A stretch of 64,000 nt of DNA from the human T2T-CHM13v2.0 reference genome, Homo sapiens: the NCBI RefSeq assembly GCF_009914755.1, contig NC_060937.1; one strand, given 5' to 3'. This document shows, piece after piece, positions 51,982 to 64,000 of the stretch. The notes below the pieces were generated by a model. The model did not search any database and was not told the origin of the DNA. It saw only the letters and a list, made by a program, of their open reading frames with translations. The position numbers and the translations under genes were made by a program. Within the stretch, counting starts at the first letter, position 1, and each line of letters starts with the position of its first letter.

Positions 51982-52545
51982 TGTGATGGTTAATTTTAGG
52001 TGTCAACATGACCAGATTAAGGATTACCTAGAGAACTGGTGTAGCATTATTTTGGATGTGTCTGTGAAAGTATTTCCAGAGGAGAGTCGGTTGCTGGTGA
52101 GTTGGTGGACAGAATGAGGAAGACCCACCCTCAATGTGGGCGGGCACCGTCAAATCCACTAGGAGCCCAGATAGAAAAAAGGGGATTTCCCGTCACTCTT
52201 TCTCCCTCTCCCTCTCTGCTGGAGCTGCAGCACTCTTCTCCTGCCTTTGGACATCAAAACTCCAGGCTTTCTGAGCTTTGAACTCCAGGACTTAACCAGA
52301 AGCACCCTGGTTCTCAAGCCTTTGACCTTGGACTGAGAGTTATACTATCAGCTTCCCTGGTTCCGAGGCCTTCAGAGTTAGACTGAGCCACGCCACTGAC
52401 ATCTCAGGCTCTCCAGCTTGCAGATGACCTCTCCTGGGACTTCTCAGCCTCCATTGTCAAATGAGCCAAATCCCTTAATGAATCTCTTCTCATTTTTCTA
52501 TCTATCCTATTGGGTTTGTCCCTTTGGAGAACTCTGACTAATACA
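51982..52545 (+). mobile_element. MLT2B-like solo LTR (ERVL)
   Basis: TGTGATGGTTAATTTTAGGTGTCAAC...GGAGAACTCTGACTAATACA; TSD AATAT/AACAT. Confidence 0.92.
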
Positions 52546-53012
52546 AACATTATTACAGAGAAGCGTCCCTAATATGTTTGGTGCTGTGACACGAAAAAAA
52601 CAAAGACTTTAATGCCTAACTTCTAAAGGAATTTAGGAATTTTTAAAGTTTTTAAATAAATAGAAATTTACATGGATAAGTAAGACTGTGACAATATCGT
52701 GCAGTTGGTCAGCATATAATAAAATATTTATCAATTTTTAATATAGCCATTTTTGGGTATTATAGATTCAAATAGTGGGCATATGAATGCTTTATGTGTT
52801 CACCTGAGTGAAGTAAAAATAAATGTTATGTCTTGATTGTGAATATTTTTTAATTGAATCTAGTTTAGAGCAAGTAATTTTGTAAACAGTTTTTGCGTGC
52901 TTAGTCTTCAAGTATGTTCTCAGAAAGCGCCAAAAGTTTATTTAAATAGTGGCAAGGGCCTTTGAAAGAATAAAATTACAGAGTTCATATGTCTTTGTTG
53001 TCTTAACACAGT

Positions 53013-53015
<3 letters not shown>

Positions 53016-53054
<39 letters not shown>

Positions 53055-53440
53055 CTTTTTTATTATACTTTAAGTTCTAGGGTACATGTGCACAATGTGC
53101 AGGTTTGTTACATATGTATACATGTGCCATGTTGGTGTGCTGCACCCATTAACTTGTCGTTTACATTAGGTATATTTCCTAATGCTATCTCTCCCCCCTC
53201 TCCCCACCCCACAACAGGCCACGGTGTGTGATGTTCCCCTTCCTGTGTCCAAGTGTTCCCATTGTTCAGTTCCTACCTATGAGTGAGAACATGTGGTGTT
53301 TGGTTTTTTGTCCTTGCGATAGTTTGCTGAGAATGATGGTTTCCAGCTTCATCCATGTCCCCACAAAGGACATGAACTCATCCTTTTTTATGGCTGCATA
53401 GTATTCCATGGTGTATATGTGCCAAATTTTCTTAATCCAG
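53016..53440 (-). mobile_element. 5'-truncated L1PA (PA4/PA5-like) with (TA)19 in the tail
   Basis: L1 3' UTR antisense; 16-bp TSD GTC(T/C)TAACACAGTCTT at 53000-53015 and 53441-53456. Confidence 0.96.
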
Positions 53441-53629
53441 GTCCTAACACAGTCTTAAATTAGAATTTTCAGTAGTAATAATTGGAAGAATTGATATGAT
53501 TTAAGGAATTCATTGACTTAAGAGATTATGTTGAAATTTTTATATATTGCCTCTACACTCTATAGATAAGCAAATAGTAATTCCAGTCACCTCTCACTTG
53601 AACAAGAAGGAATCAACATATTGGTACTA

Positions 53630-53975
53630 AGCAGTTAAGAGCCTGGCCAGTACATGTGTTTTGTTTTGTACACTTAAAATATTTCAAAATTATTTTCCAA
53701 CATTTTAAAAATTAAGAAAAGTTAAACATTTAAACACGTTTTCAAATTTTAAAATTGGGAGATTTGATATAAATATCCTGATTTCTGGTTTATCTTGAAA
53801 AGCCAACCATTGGGCTATCTATCGCTGCAGCTGTCTTCTCACCTGCAATATTTGGATAGAGCAAGTAGCTGCTGTCTTTTATAGGTGGGCATCTGTTATA
53901 CGGTTTGGCATAATGTCCACCTGGCCTCACCTCACCTGTCTGGCTCCTAAAGACACTTGAGTACTTAGTCCCCAG
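53630..53975. mobile_element. MER102-like (hAT-Charlie)
   Basis: AAAATTGGGAGATTT...CTGATTTCTGG...CCTGTCTGGCTCCTAAAGACACTTGAGT. Confidence 0.6.
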
Positions 53976-54388
53976 AATTTCTATTTAAAATCTCTATACA
54001 GGTTAGTGGATAAAAAAATGGTGGTGATTTCAGACACCCAGGATTCTAAATTATACCACACTTTTTTCAGTTGGCGATGATATAACATCTGGCCCTTGGA
54101 ATGCAGGTAAGAGCAAAAATACTTCAGATGGTAGATAGCAAATAGCTTCATATCCCTAACTCTTATGCCTCTAATGCTGCTTTTGTTTGATCAGATTTTT
54201 AGTTTTTCAGAATTTGAAAACTATTATACAAAATAACTGTTCCCAAACTCATTGTCTCCCCAATTTGTATTACAACTGCACCTCCAAAGCTAGTTAACTA
54301 GAAAGGAGGAAGGGTTGGCAAAATCAGCGGGGTGAATATTGTCAGGGAAAGTCTAGAATTGGCTGCTACATCAAGACATGGAGTGGCA

Positions 54389-54690
54389 GGCTGGGCACAG
54401 TGACTCACACCTGGAATCCCAGCACTTTGAGAGGCCAAGGTGAGAGGATAGCTTGAGATCAGGAGTACGAGACCAGCCAGGACAAGAAATCAAGACCCTG
54501 TGTCTGCAAATAATAATAATAACGATAATAATAATAATTAGCCAAACATGGTGGTGTCCACCTATAGTCTCAGCTACACTGGAGGCTGAAGTGGGAGGAT
54601 TGTTTGAGCACAGGAGTTCGGGGCCGCAATGAGCTATGATTGTACCACTGCACTCCAGCCTGGGTGACAGAAGAAAAATAAATAAATAAA
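54389..54690 (+). mobile_element. AluJ with (AAT)n in the central linker
   Basis: GGATAGCTTGAG and GAGCTATGATTGTACCACTG J diagnostics; diverged TSD AAGACATGGAGTGGCA / AAAACATGCAATGGCA. Confidence 0.94.
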
Positions 54691-56158
54691 AACATGCAAT
54701 GGCATTTGTACTTGTCTCCCTTTGGCCTACCACTGAGTCTGGATGCTACTGTGGTGGACAGCTCCATGTGAATTCAGACATGTCTTGTGCAGATGGCATC
54801 TTATCTCAAGCAGAATACTAAGTCTCTTCATGTTTTTTTTTTCACCCCCACCACAATTTTTTGACACAGATCGCCTGGCCTATGCAAAACTACAGCGTGG
54901 AAGGGAAGTTAATGCTGTTGGGGGCAACTTTCAACTAGTGGGTCAGTGGATAAATATTTTAACCTTCTGTCCTTCAGAAGACAAAGGATGGATTAGATTT
55001 TCTTTCCATTTTACTAGTACTATAGTTGGAAAGTTCTACAAAGCAGTGAAAAACACATACAAAAGGGTAGATTATATCCATATATCCACAGTCAAGAGGC
55101 AAGGGCATTTTATTCACCTGAAAATTAGTAGCATACTATATATTACCAGGAAGAATGGTGCCAAGAGATAAAAAGAGATAAAGTTGATGGATATCATTTC
55201 CTTATTCAGTTTAGTGCACAGCAGGCAAAGTGGTATCTTTTTTTTTTTTTTTTTTTTTTAGAGAGAGAAACCGAAATAGAAAACCACAGGCAGGAGAGAG
55301 ACAAGCATATGGAAGGAAAGGCCAAAGAAAGAATGTGGCAAAGAGTGAGGAGACACAAACTGCACTTGACAATTACATCTGGGGTGACATAGAAACCTGT
55401 ATGATAATTTTGGCAAAAATAACTTTCTGATTAGGTGTACATTTGAGAATTTCAATAATATTAGTTTGGAAGTAGAATTTCTCCACTTTTTTTTTTTTGC
55501 CCTTTAAGATAGAATTGTGACACTGTTTTATATATAGGACATATCCTTGGTTCCAACAGTATACTTGGCATGTTGCTCTAGTTCCTCAATAAATGTATGC
55601 TGAATAATGAATGGATAATGTTCAGAGACCATGAGTGAGGTGCTATGTTAATTGGTTAGTTCTTCAGAGTGCTTGGCCAATACATTTGCCCAGATTTATT
55701 TATTAATTACTTTCTATTCCAAATGAATGATATTATACCAATTTTTGCTTTAGCCTTATTTCAGTGACAACTGAATTCAAATGAGAAATTATTGCTTCAA
55801 GGGCCAGGGAATAACATATTTTTTAATAAATTTGCCACAATTATTTATTAAATGAACAAAACACTTGCATTTTTGAATATGCATCTCAATCTAAGTAGCT
55901 CTCCAATATTAGACCAAACAGAATCAAACTACTGATCCCATATACTTACAGGTTGAACTATGAAATTTGTCAAGGCTTCAAAATTGTGAGCTTTATTTAA
56001 AGTTTGAATAAATAATAAAAGTGAACTTCACTTAATTGGTGTTATTATTATTCATGTTCCTTATTATTTGATTTTGGTAAATTAATTGCCTACTATGTTT
56101 TATTCACATGGTTAGGTGTTGGAATATACAGATGAATAAGACACAGTCTCTGCCACAG

Positions 56159-56717
56159 TGTGGTGAGCATTGTCACTACTTATGGCTATGGAATATCTGA
56201 ATCTCTTTTGTAGAGTTGGCTATATTTTACTATATGGATTTTATTGGTAGTAAGAGACCATTCCCTGTCATAGGAGGTTAATATACCAGATTCTTGCTTT
56301 TTGAGACTTCTTATAACAGACTCAGGCATATGATCTACTTTCTGCCCTTCAGTGACATTGGTACTGGCTTTGCCACAAAAGCTCACACCAGAAAAATGGA
56401 AGCGTGGATCTCTGACAAACAGGAGTAGGATTTCTCTGACAAGAATTCTATAGGATTGAGTTTTCCATACAGTAGTGGTAGCAGAGACAGCCATAACATC
56501 TGGTGATTGGTAAGAAAGGGTGACAATGATTGCCCGACCAGATAAATTCTGCAGATGGTATTGTTAGTTGAGGCTGATTCCATAGATGCCATTCATCTGC
56601 TTCCATAGGTTTCCCATTGATTCATCTGGCTATATAGTATCCTTTTAATAAACTCCTTTTCTCTTTCTATTATCCAAAATTAAATTACTGGTTACAACTA
56701 AGAAGACTGAATGATAA
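56159..56717 (+). mobile_element. Old MLT1-type MaLR LTR
   Basis: 3' end AATAAACTCCTTTTC...GTTACAACTAAGAAGACTGAATGATA. Confidence 0.5.
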
Positions 56718-57188
56718 ACACACACATATTTCCTTCAATTTAGAACCAGAAGATAGACACATGACTACTTTGATTTTGATTATGTCGATACATTCTCAAC
56801 AATATTAATAGTTTTTATGATAAATAATCCACCCATAAATGTACGGAAACTAATATGCATTGAAAATGGCACAAAGGTAGAGAAACTGGATGTGTTGAGA
56901 ATCTGTGATGGGCCTCGCATCACACTTATTAAAATTTTGTCACATTTACTGGGCTATGAATTGGATAATTACAAACATTTTTGCTTTGTCTTTTGCCACT
57001 AAAGAATATTATAGAATTAAAACAAGAACATCCATGTAGTATGCACAACACAATTCCTGGTATGAAGGGTATGTTCCAAAATGTTAGTTCCACATACTTA
57101 ACATACTACATGTTTGCAAAATAGTTTTCATGTTGGTTTTACAGGGAGAGTGATGGTGACAAATGTGGGGTAGGACAAAATTAAGCTA

Positions 57189-57645
<457 letters not shown>

Positions 57646-57770
57646 TTATAAGAAAGCATTTTATTCAAATTTGTATGTAAATTTTGTTCAAACCACATCA
57701 AGCCCAGACTTCTTTTTAGAATCATATATACAACTGCTATCTAACTCACCCCAGTTGGTGAGCACAAGCC

Positions 57771-58220
57771 TCTGCTTAGTTTCCTAAGGCTGCTGTAACA
57801 AAGTACCCCACTGGGTGGCTTAAACAACAGGAATTTATTGTCTCACAGTTCTGGAGGCGATAGTCTTAGATCAAGGTGTTGGCAAGGTGAATTCCTTCTG
57901 AGGGTTATAAGGGAAAATCTATTCCAGGCCTCTTAACCAGCTTCCTGTGGTTTGCCTGTAATATCTGGCATTTCTTTACTTATAGATATGTCACCCTCAT
58001 CTCTGCCTTCATTTTTATATGGCGCTCTCCCTGCATGTGTGTCTCTGTGTTCAAATTTCCTTTTCATAAGGACATGGTTATACTATATTAGAGTCACCCT
58101 AATTACCTCATCTTAACTTGATCACCGGCAAAGACCCTATTCCTAAATAAGGCCACATTCACAAATACTGGGGGTTAGGACTTCGATACATTTTGAGGAC
58201 ACACAATTCAGCTTATAATA
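57771..58220 (-). mobile_element. MLT1C-like MaLR solo LTR
   Basis: TAGTTTCCTAAGGCTGCTGTAACAAAGTACC...CTCACAGTTCTGGAGG...GGACACACAATTCA. Confidence 0.88.
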
Positions 58221-58374
58221 GTCCCCCAATGCTAGTATATCTAAATACAAACCCTTGGTTTCTTCTCTCTCTCCCTTAAGTCTTACCTTCACCAGTCTTA
58301 TCTTCCTGTACCTTTCCCCATATTGGATAAATAGTGTCTTCATTTCTCTATTTTTTCAGGGCAGTAGTCCAGAG

Positions 58375-58570
58375 AGACAATATAGTAGATGGGTAAAATA
58401 TTGCATTAGAGACAGAGAGCCTACATTCTAGTTCTTTCTCTCCCAATTCAAAGCTGTATAGCCTTAGCAGGTTACTAAATCACTGTGCAGCTCAGCATCC
58501 TCATGTATCATATGGAGATAACAATAATACCAACCCACAGGTTAAGAATCAAATGTATAAGACAATTACA
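58375..58570 (+). mobile_element. MIR
   Basis: AGCTGTATAGCCTTAGCAGGTTACTAAATCACTGTG...CCTCATGTATCATATGGAGATAACAATA. Confidence 0.65.
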
Positions 58571-59068
58571 AGACAGGAAAAACATAAGAAAATCAAATTT
58601 CTTCCTAAAATAGTCACAAATAGAAATCTCTTCATAGAAAATAAGGTAAAACTAAATAATACTTAATAGGAGAAAAAAATAAAATGTTTAATAATCTAAG
58701 TCATCTTGGGTTGTTTAAAAAATAGGCTTCTTTCAGATAGCTTATTTAAATATAAATTAAATAAATCCTATTACTTGAAAGCTGAAAGAAAAATCTGCCT
58801 AAAAAGTCAGGGGAAAATCATTCTAGGAAATATATACTCTAAATCAATATTCTAAATTTCTTTTCAAAAAAGTAGTAATTGTATTTTGTATGTATGTATA
58901 TGCCTTTTTGTATTCAAAAAGTGTGAAAAAGCAGGATTTTGCAATCTTAAAAGAGTAAATAGATTGAAAATTGTAATAACACATGTAGAGAATGAATCAC
59001 TTCTTGCTCATAGTGGGAATGTCAACTCAACATCTGGAGCACACAGCAGTGATGAGTTTTTAAAATAA

Positions 59069-59365
<297 letters not shown>

Positions 59366-62344
59366 GCATTATAATTTTTAAATATAAAAAGAGAAATTAT
59401 AGATTCATTGTTATTTAGTATAGCCCTGTTTTCTTCCTTTAAAGACTTCCAGGACTTATTTAAAATCTGAACTTATACTCTTATCACCTCTGAGGAATCA
59501 GAGGGCAGAAATGATGATTCTAATTTACACCTATAGCAAGATGAGTACAGACACAATTGAAATAGCTCATTCAAACTCAGACAGAATCATTGCCTGAAGC
59601 TTTTTGGCCATTCCTAATTTCTAGTCCCAACTGTAGTCACATCATGTTGTTTTATGAAGCTATTGCATAGTGAATACAAAATCTCTGTTAATATATGCAA
59701 ATTAGAGCAGAACTGCAATTATATCAATAAACCTAATGAACTCAGGTGAAAGTATTTAATATGACTTTCATTACTTCAAATATTGCAACTTACTGTTTAC
59801 AAGTGTGGTAGCAGTTGATGATGGTTAAAAAAAATCTCCCCAGTAAAAATACTTCTCTCTACACATTTACATATTTTAAAGTAGTTGGTGTAAGATCTCT
59901 ATTAGATTAGGAGAGTCTATTTTTCAATTAGTTTTCTATCTCCTATATAAAATAGCTTGCAGTCTCTCCCTTTCAATTCTGTCCTTTAAAAAAAATCAAA
60001 TCTGGAAACTTTCAATACTACCAGCATCTGTGAGCCTTACATAGTCCATTTTAGCAAACTCATTATGATGTTATAGCCGATGGAAAAACTTTAGTCATGA
60101 ACTCTGATAACCAGCCCACTAAATTAACTATGTAGGAAGCAGGCAGAGATGTTCCCTCTTGACTCTCTTTTCAGGTATGTGACAAGAGGAAAGAATGAAC
60201 TTTTCCCTATTATAGATACTGAGTGTGGTCAAGAGACTATCAAGGACCTACCACGTGGCCCACAAACTTGCTGTAGTGATGCCGGGATGCAAGAGAGGTT
60301 GCTTGTCTTTGTTCTACTTTCAGCTGATCTGGAGTCACAAAGGCTGGGTTCGCTCCGGGGAAGCGTCTCACAGGGAGATGGCGGGCTACCAAGAGGTGCA
60401 ACCAGTTACCATTTTATTTTGAGGGGAAGTTATATATCATTTAGTGGGAACTGATAACTCTAAAACTCACCTACTTTTTACAAAAATATTGAGATTGGGT
60501 TCAAGTGATCTTTGTGATTTTGCATGAATATCAGACCTTCATTGATTTGTAAAATTACATATTACAACTGAACCTTTTGCGTAGTTTGTGTTCAATATAC
60601 TTTATGTTAGAATATGCTGAGTTGCTAAGTTTTGTAAAAGAATGTTTATAAATGGACATTTTCATAAAATGATGTTTTTGCCTTCAATGACATTTCTTAT
60701 ACTTTCAAACAGATTGTTTACATTATGGCTTGTTGTTAACAACAAAAAACACATTGTGCTGTAAAGAAGGAAACATTGCAACACTCAGTCATAGGCATTC
60801 CCATAATCCTCCTACGACAATATAATTGCTGTTTAGTTAATAAGCCTAAGTACCAGTGATGAATGTAAGTTTATGTATGGCATATTGATGATAATATCTG
60901 AGTAGCATAAGCTGCCAAATGAGAGGCAACAAAAAAGAAATATTGCAGTCCAAATTGCATTCCAAATAACTATTTTTCTCACTGTGCAATCAAAATTGTA
61001 TAGTGTACAGTTATTTCCATAAACACCCATTGGTGCTGTAGAATGAAAATAATAACTTCATGTGATTCACAGCAGATGCTGATAACATAAACCTACACAC
61101 CTGTGATGAATAGGATTTAGTAATTTCTCCATGATTAAGGAAATTGCTTACTGTTCTGCAATTGCAATGGGTTGTTTATCTTTTCTATTAGACTTGTAAT
61201 TAATCATCAAGGCATGAATTGCTTGATGCCAGGTAGATTTAACATTCTGGGATGTATGTTAGAATTAGACACAGAATATGTTGTACCATAAATGAAACAC
61301 GTGAGATGCTCTCCAATATTTCTTTGTTTGCCAGCAACATATAGGGTAAATGAGATCTAGTGAAAGGGAGAGTATAAATCAGCAGTGCAAAATGAGTCTT
61401 TCTTAGTTCAAGCTAAATGGTAGACTGTCCTTTTTTACACTTGTAAAGTTTTAATAGATCTATTTTGCTATTGTTAGCGAAAGGAGAAAATGGGTTTCTG
61501 CTAATTTAAGTGGGCAAAGTACGCACAGTTTAAAGGGTAACAAGATAATAAAGTAAATAAAACATTGTCACAGTCTGCATAAGGACAGCATGAAGCGGCA
61601 GTAATTCAGGAGTCCACTAAGCAAGCTAAAGCTCTTAGCTCACTCCAGTAAAACGTTCTAAACAGAGTCTTTATGCAGCTGAAAATGCATATAAAGGACC
61701 CTCTGCCTCCTGGTAATATCAAGAGAAAACAGAGGCAGTCAGAAACATTAAAGTCGTCGTATTGTTGGCAATGTACTGCCATGAATAAGAATGAAGACAC
61801 ACCTTAAAACTGTAATGTATAGGACAAAGCTCTCCTTTCCTACAATCGTTTTTCATAAAATTATTTTATACATTAATCTCAGTATTATACTCTCACTATG
61901 TATAGTTTCCTGGAGTGGCTTGTTTTGCTTTCATCAATATTTTAATAATTTACATGGGTGAGGCCTCTTTTCAGGAAGTTTTTAAAGACTAACAGTGAGT
62001 TTGATCCCTCAGAGCTTTGTATTGAGCTGTTTACTGATGAAAGAAATCACTGGAAGGTAAAAGAAAACTGACCTGTTCTGTCAGATAGCAGTAAGTAATT
62101 TAGAAATCTGAAATAGTAATAAAAATATGAAAAGCATGTGGAGAATAAAAATTATCATATTTTACAACCATTTTATATATGACTATACTAAGCTTTCAGT
62201 TCAGTCAAAAAAATTGAATCTGTTGACAATGTGATCAAGACTAGTTGTGATACTCTAGAAATATCTGAAATAAAACGGTTTTCATAAAATAGGCAAGATT
62301 CTTGATTTTTCAGGGAAATGATTAAATTGTAATGATTCTATTTT

Positions 62345-62563
62345 GAAACTATGGCAAACTGCAATTCACAGGCTGAGTGCAGCCATTGCCTGTTTTTGTA
62401 AATAAAGTTTTATTGCAACACAGCCATGCCCATTTGTTAATTTACTGTCAGTGTGTACTTGGGAGTTACAGTAATGGCAGAGTTCAGTAGTTGTGACAGT
62501 TTGCCTACAAAGTCAAAAATATTTATGATCTGGTCCTTTAAAGAAAAATGTTTGCCAACCTCT
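62345..62563. mobile_element. MER58A (hAT-Charlie)
   Basis: GCCTGTTTTTGTAAATAAAGTTTTATTG...TCTGGTCCTTTAAAGAAAAATGTTTGCCAACCTC. Confidence 0.85.
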
Positions 62564-64000
62564 AGATCAAATCATTTAAATTTTACTTTTTGGTAGTCAC
62601 TTAAATTGTGGGAAATGGCAACAAACTCAGATACATGTTACTCCCCAGATGAACAAAGCAAGTTCTGTAAACTTTGGTGAACTGTTGATGTAAGACTTCT
62701 TCAAGGACTAGATTTGCCTTTGTAAAATTATAGAAACTATTTTTGTTATCATTATCTTGATCTAAATGACAGTTCAGAATTTCGCTTTGTTCTTTCTAAC
62801 CCACACAAACTCCAATGGGAAGTGTTGATTTAAAATGTGAATTGAGGAGCCTTATTATAAAAAAAATCCTCAGTCAGTTCCTTTTCATAGTCTAAAATGT
62901 TGAGTTGCAATTTTTAAGCAGTTTTTCCATAGAGCAGACTTGTTTACAATTGACTAGCCCTAGGATAGTATTAAATTATTCCAACAATGCACACCTTTGG
63001 GGCTAGTAAAAAACCTACTTGGAAAAAAAAAAAAAAAAACCACAACAAAAACAAGCAAGGGCATATAAAAGTAGCTTTTTCTCCTGGAAGTTTCTTCAAG
63101 TATATAAGGGGCATGGGCATAGGTAAAATAGAATTAAGGAAGAAAGAACAGGTAAAGATAGAAGATTCAAATACACATAAATAATAACTATGTTCATACT
63201 TTTTGTTATAAATGTTTCTCTGCTGCACATGGACGTCAAGTATTATGAATATCTGAAAAGGAAATTCAATCAAAAAATATCAGGCAATCACAATGTATGC
63301 TAGCCTATATATGCATTGTATTAAATATTTAGGAAACAGCAAACAAACATGTTTTGGAGAATTTGCGATGCCCGAGTGTTCTCTTAAAACTCAGAGCCAT
63401 TTAACATCTATTTTTTACAGACAATGAAAAGCAGAGGTTATGATGACTTTCTAAAGGAACAGCCCACAATGCATATTTGAAATGCCATACCAGCTGCTTA
63501 AATTTTGATATTCTGGAGGTGTGTGTGACTACCTCTCATTTAATAAATTGTTTTCTTTCTCATTGTTTTCTTTTCTAAAAAGAATCAAAAGTTAAACTTG
63601 CTCATGTGTCCCCCTGCCTCCTCGGTTCTACTTGCCCCTGCCGTGTACAGTACGTGTCTTGCTCACCCACTCTTCAATTATCGGCCTAACTTTGAAATTA
63701 TATCAGTGACAATAGAGGAAAAAAATCTAAATTGTGTTTAAAAACTAAATAATGAGGCAGTTTACACAATAGGGATATTCAGGATACTTTTGTTTTCCTC
63801 TTTACATAATGTTTGTAATCTCTACTGGCTCTTGTTGGCATAGAATTTTCTATAATCTTTCTGGTTCAATATTTGAGGATTCTGAAAATGTATTGTATTT
63901 TCTTGTAACAAATAAGCATTTTTAAAGGTCTGTGGCTTCTGCTCAGAGTCTGTATATAGCAAGTAGCAGATGGAATTTTCACTCTGATAACTGCGAAGAA

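Noticed and set aside
54743-55171. 142-aa ORF, the longest outside repeats
   Set aside because: No recognisable homology, includes translated homopolymer runs, and lacks convincing exon boundaries.
61205-61227. CATCAAG...CTTGATG mini inverted repeat
   Set aside because: A 7-bp stem is expected by chance in 64 kb.

Overview
Primate (human or great-ape type) AT-rich, CpG-poor genomic DNA that is intergenic or deep intronic. I recognise no host protein-coding gene, RNA gene or CRISPR array, and I cannot name the locus. The ORF track is explained almost entirely by Alu, L1, LTR and microsatellite sequence. The dominant feature is a 5.74-kb two-LTR HERV-H provirus on the minus strand (22966-28709): 400-bp LTR7s, tRNA-His PBS, PPT, short TSD, decayed gag-pro-pol, env essentially deleted. 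Around it are 13 Alus, two TSD-flanked L1PA 3' ends, older L1M/L2/MIR relics, several solo LTRs and Tigger/hAT DNA-transposon fossils. The best leads are modest. (1) The 5' LTR has a cluster of substitutions in its TATA and GC/GT box while the 3' LTR keeps them, so the 3' LTR may be the better promoter. (2) Both LTRs share a short U3 deletion and carry an ACAAAAGA SOX-type motif. (3) The pol deletion pattern looks atypical. (4) There are candidate + strand non-coding exons at 11.4, 13.4 and 18.3 kb. (5) An unexplained 21-bp direct repeat and a 17-bp hairpin lie at 37.5-38.5 kb. (6) Two LTRs inserted at abutting target sites. I see no convincing evidence of a wholly new biological system. Repeat subfamily names come from recalled consensus sequences and need RepeatMasker/Dfam confirmation.
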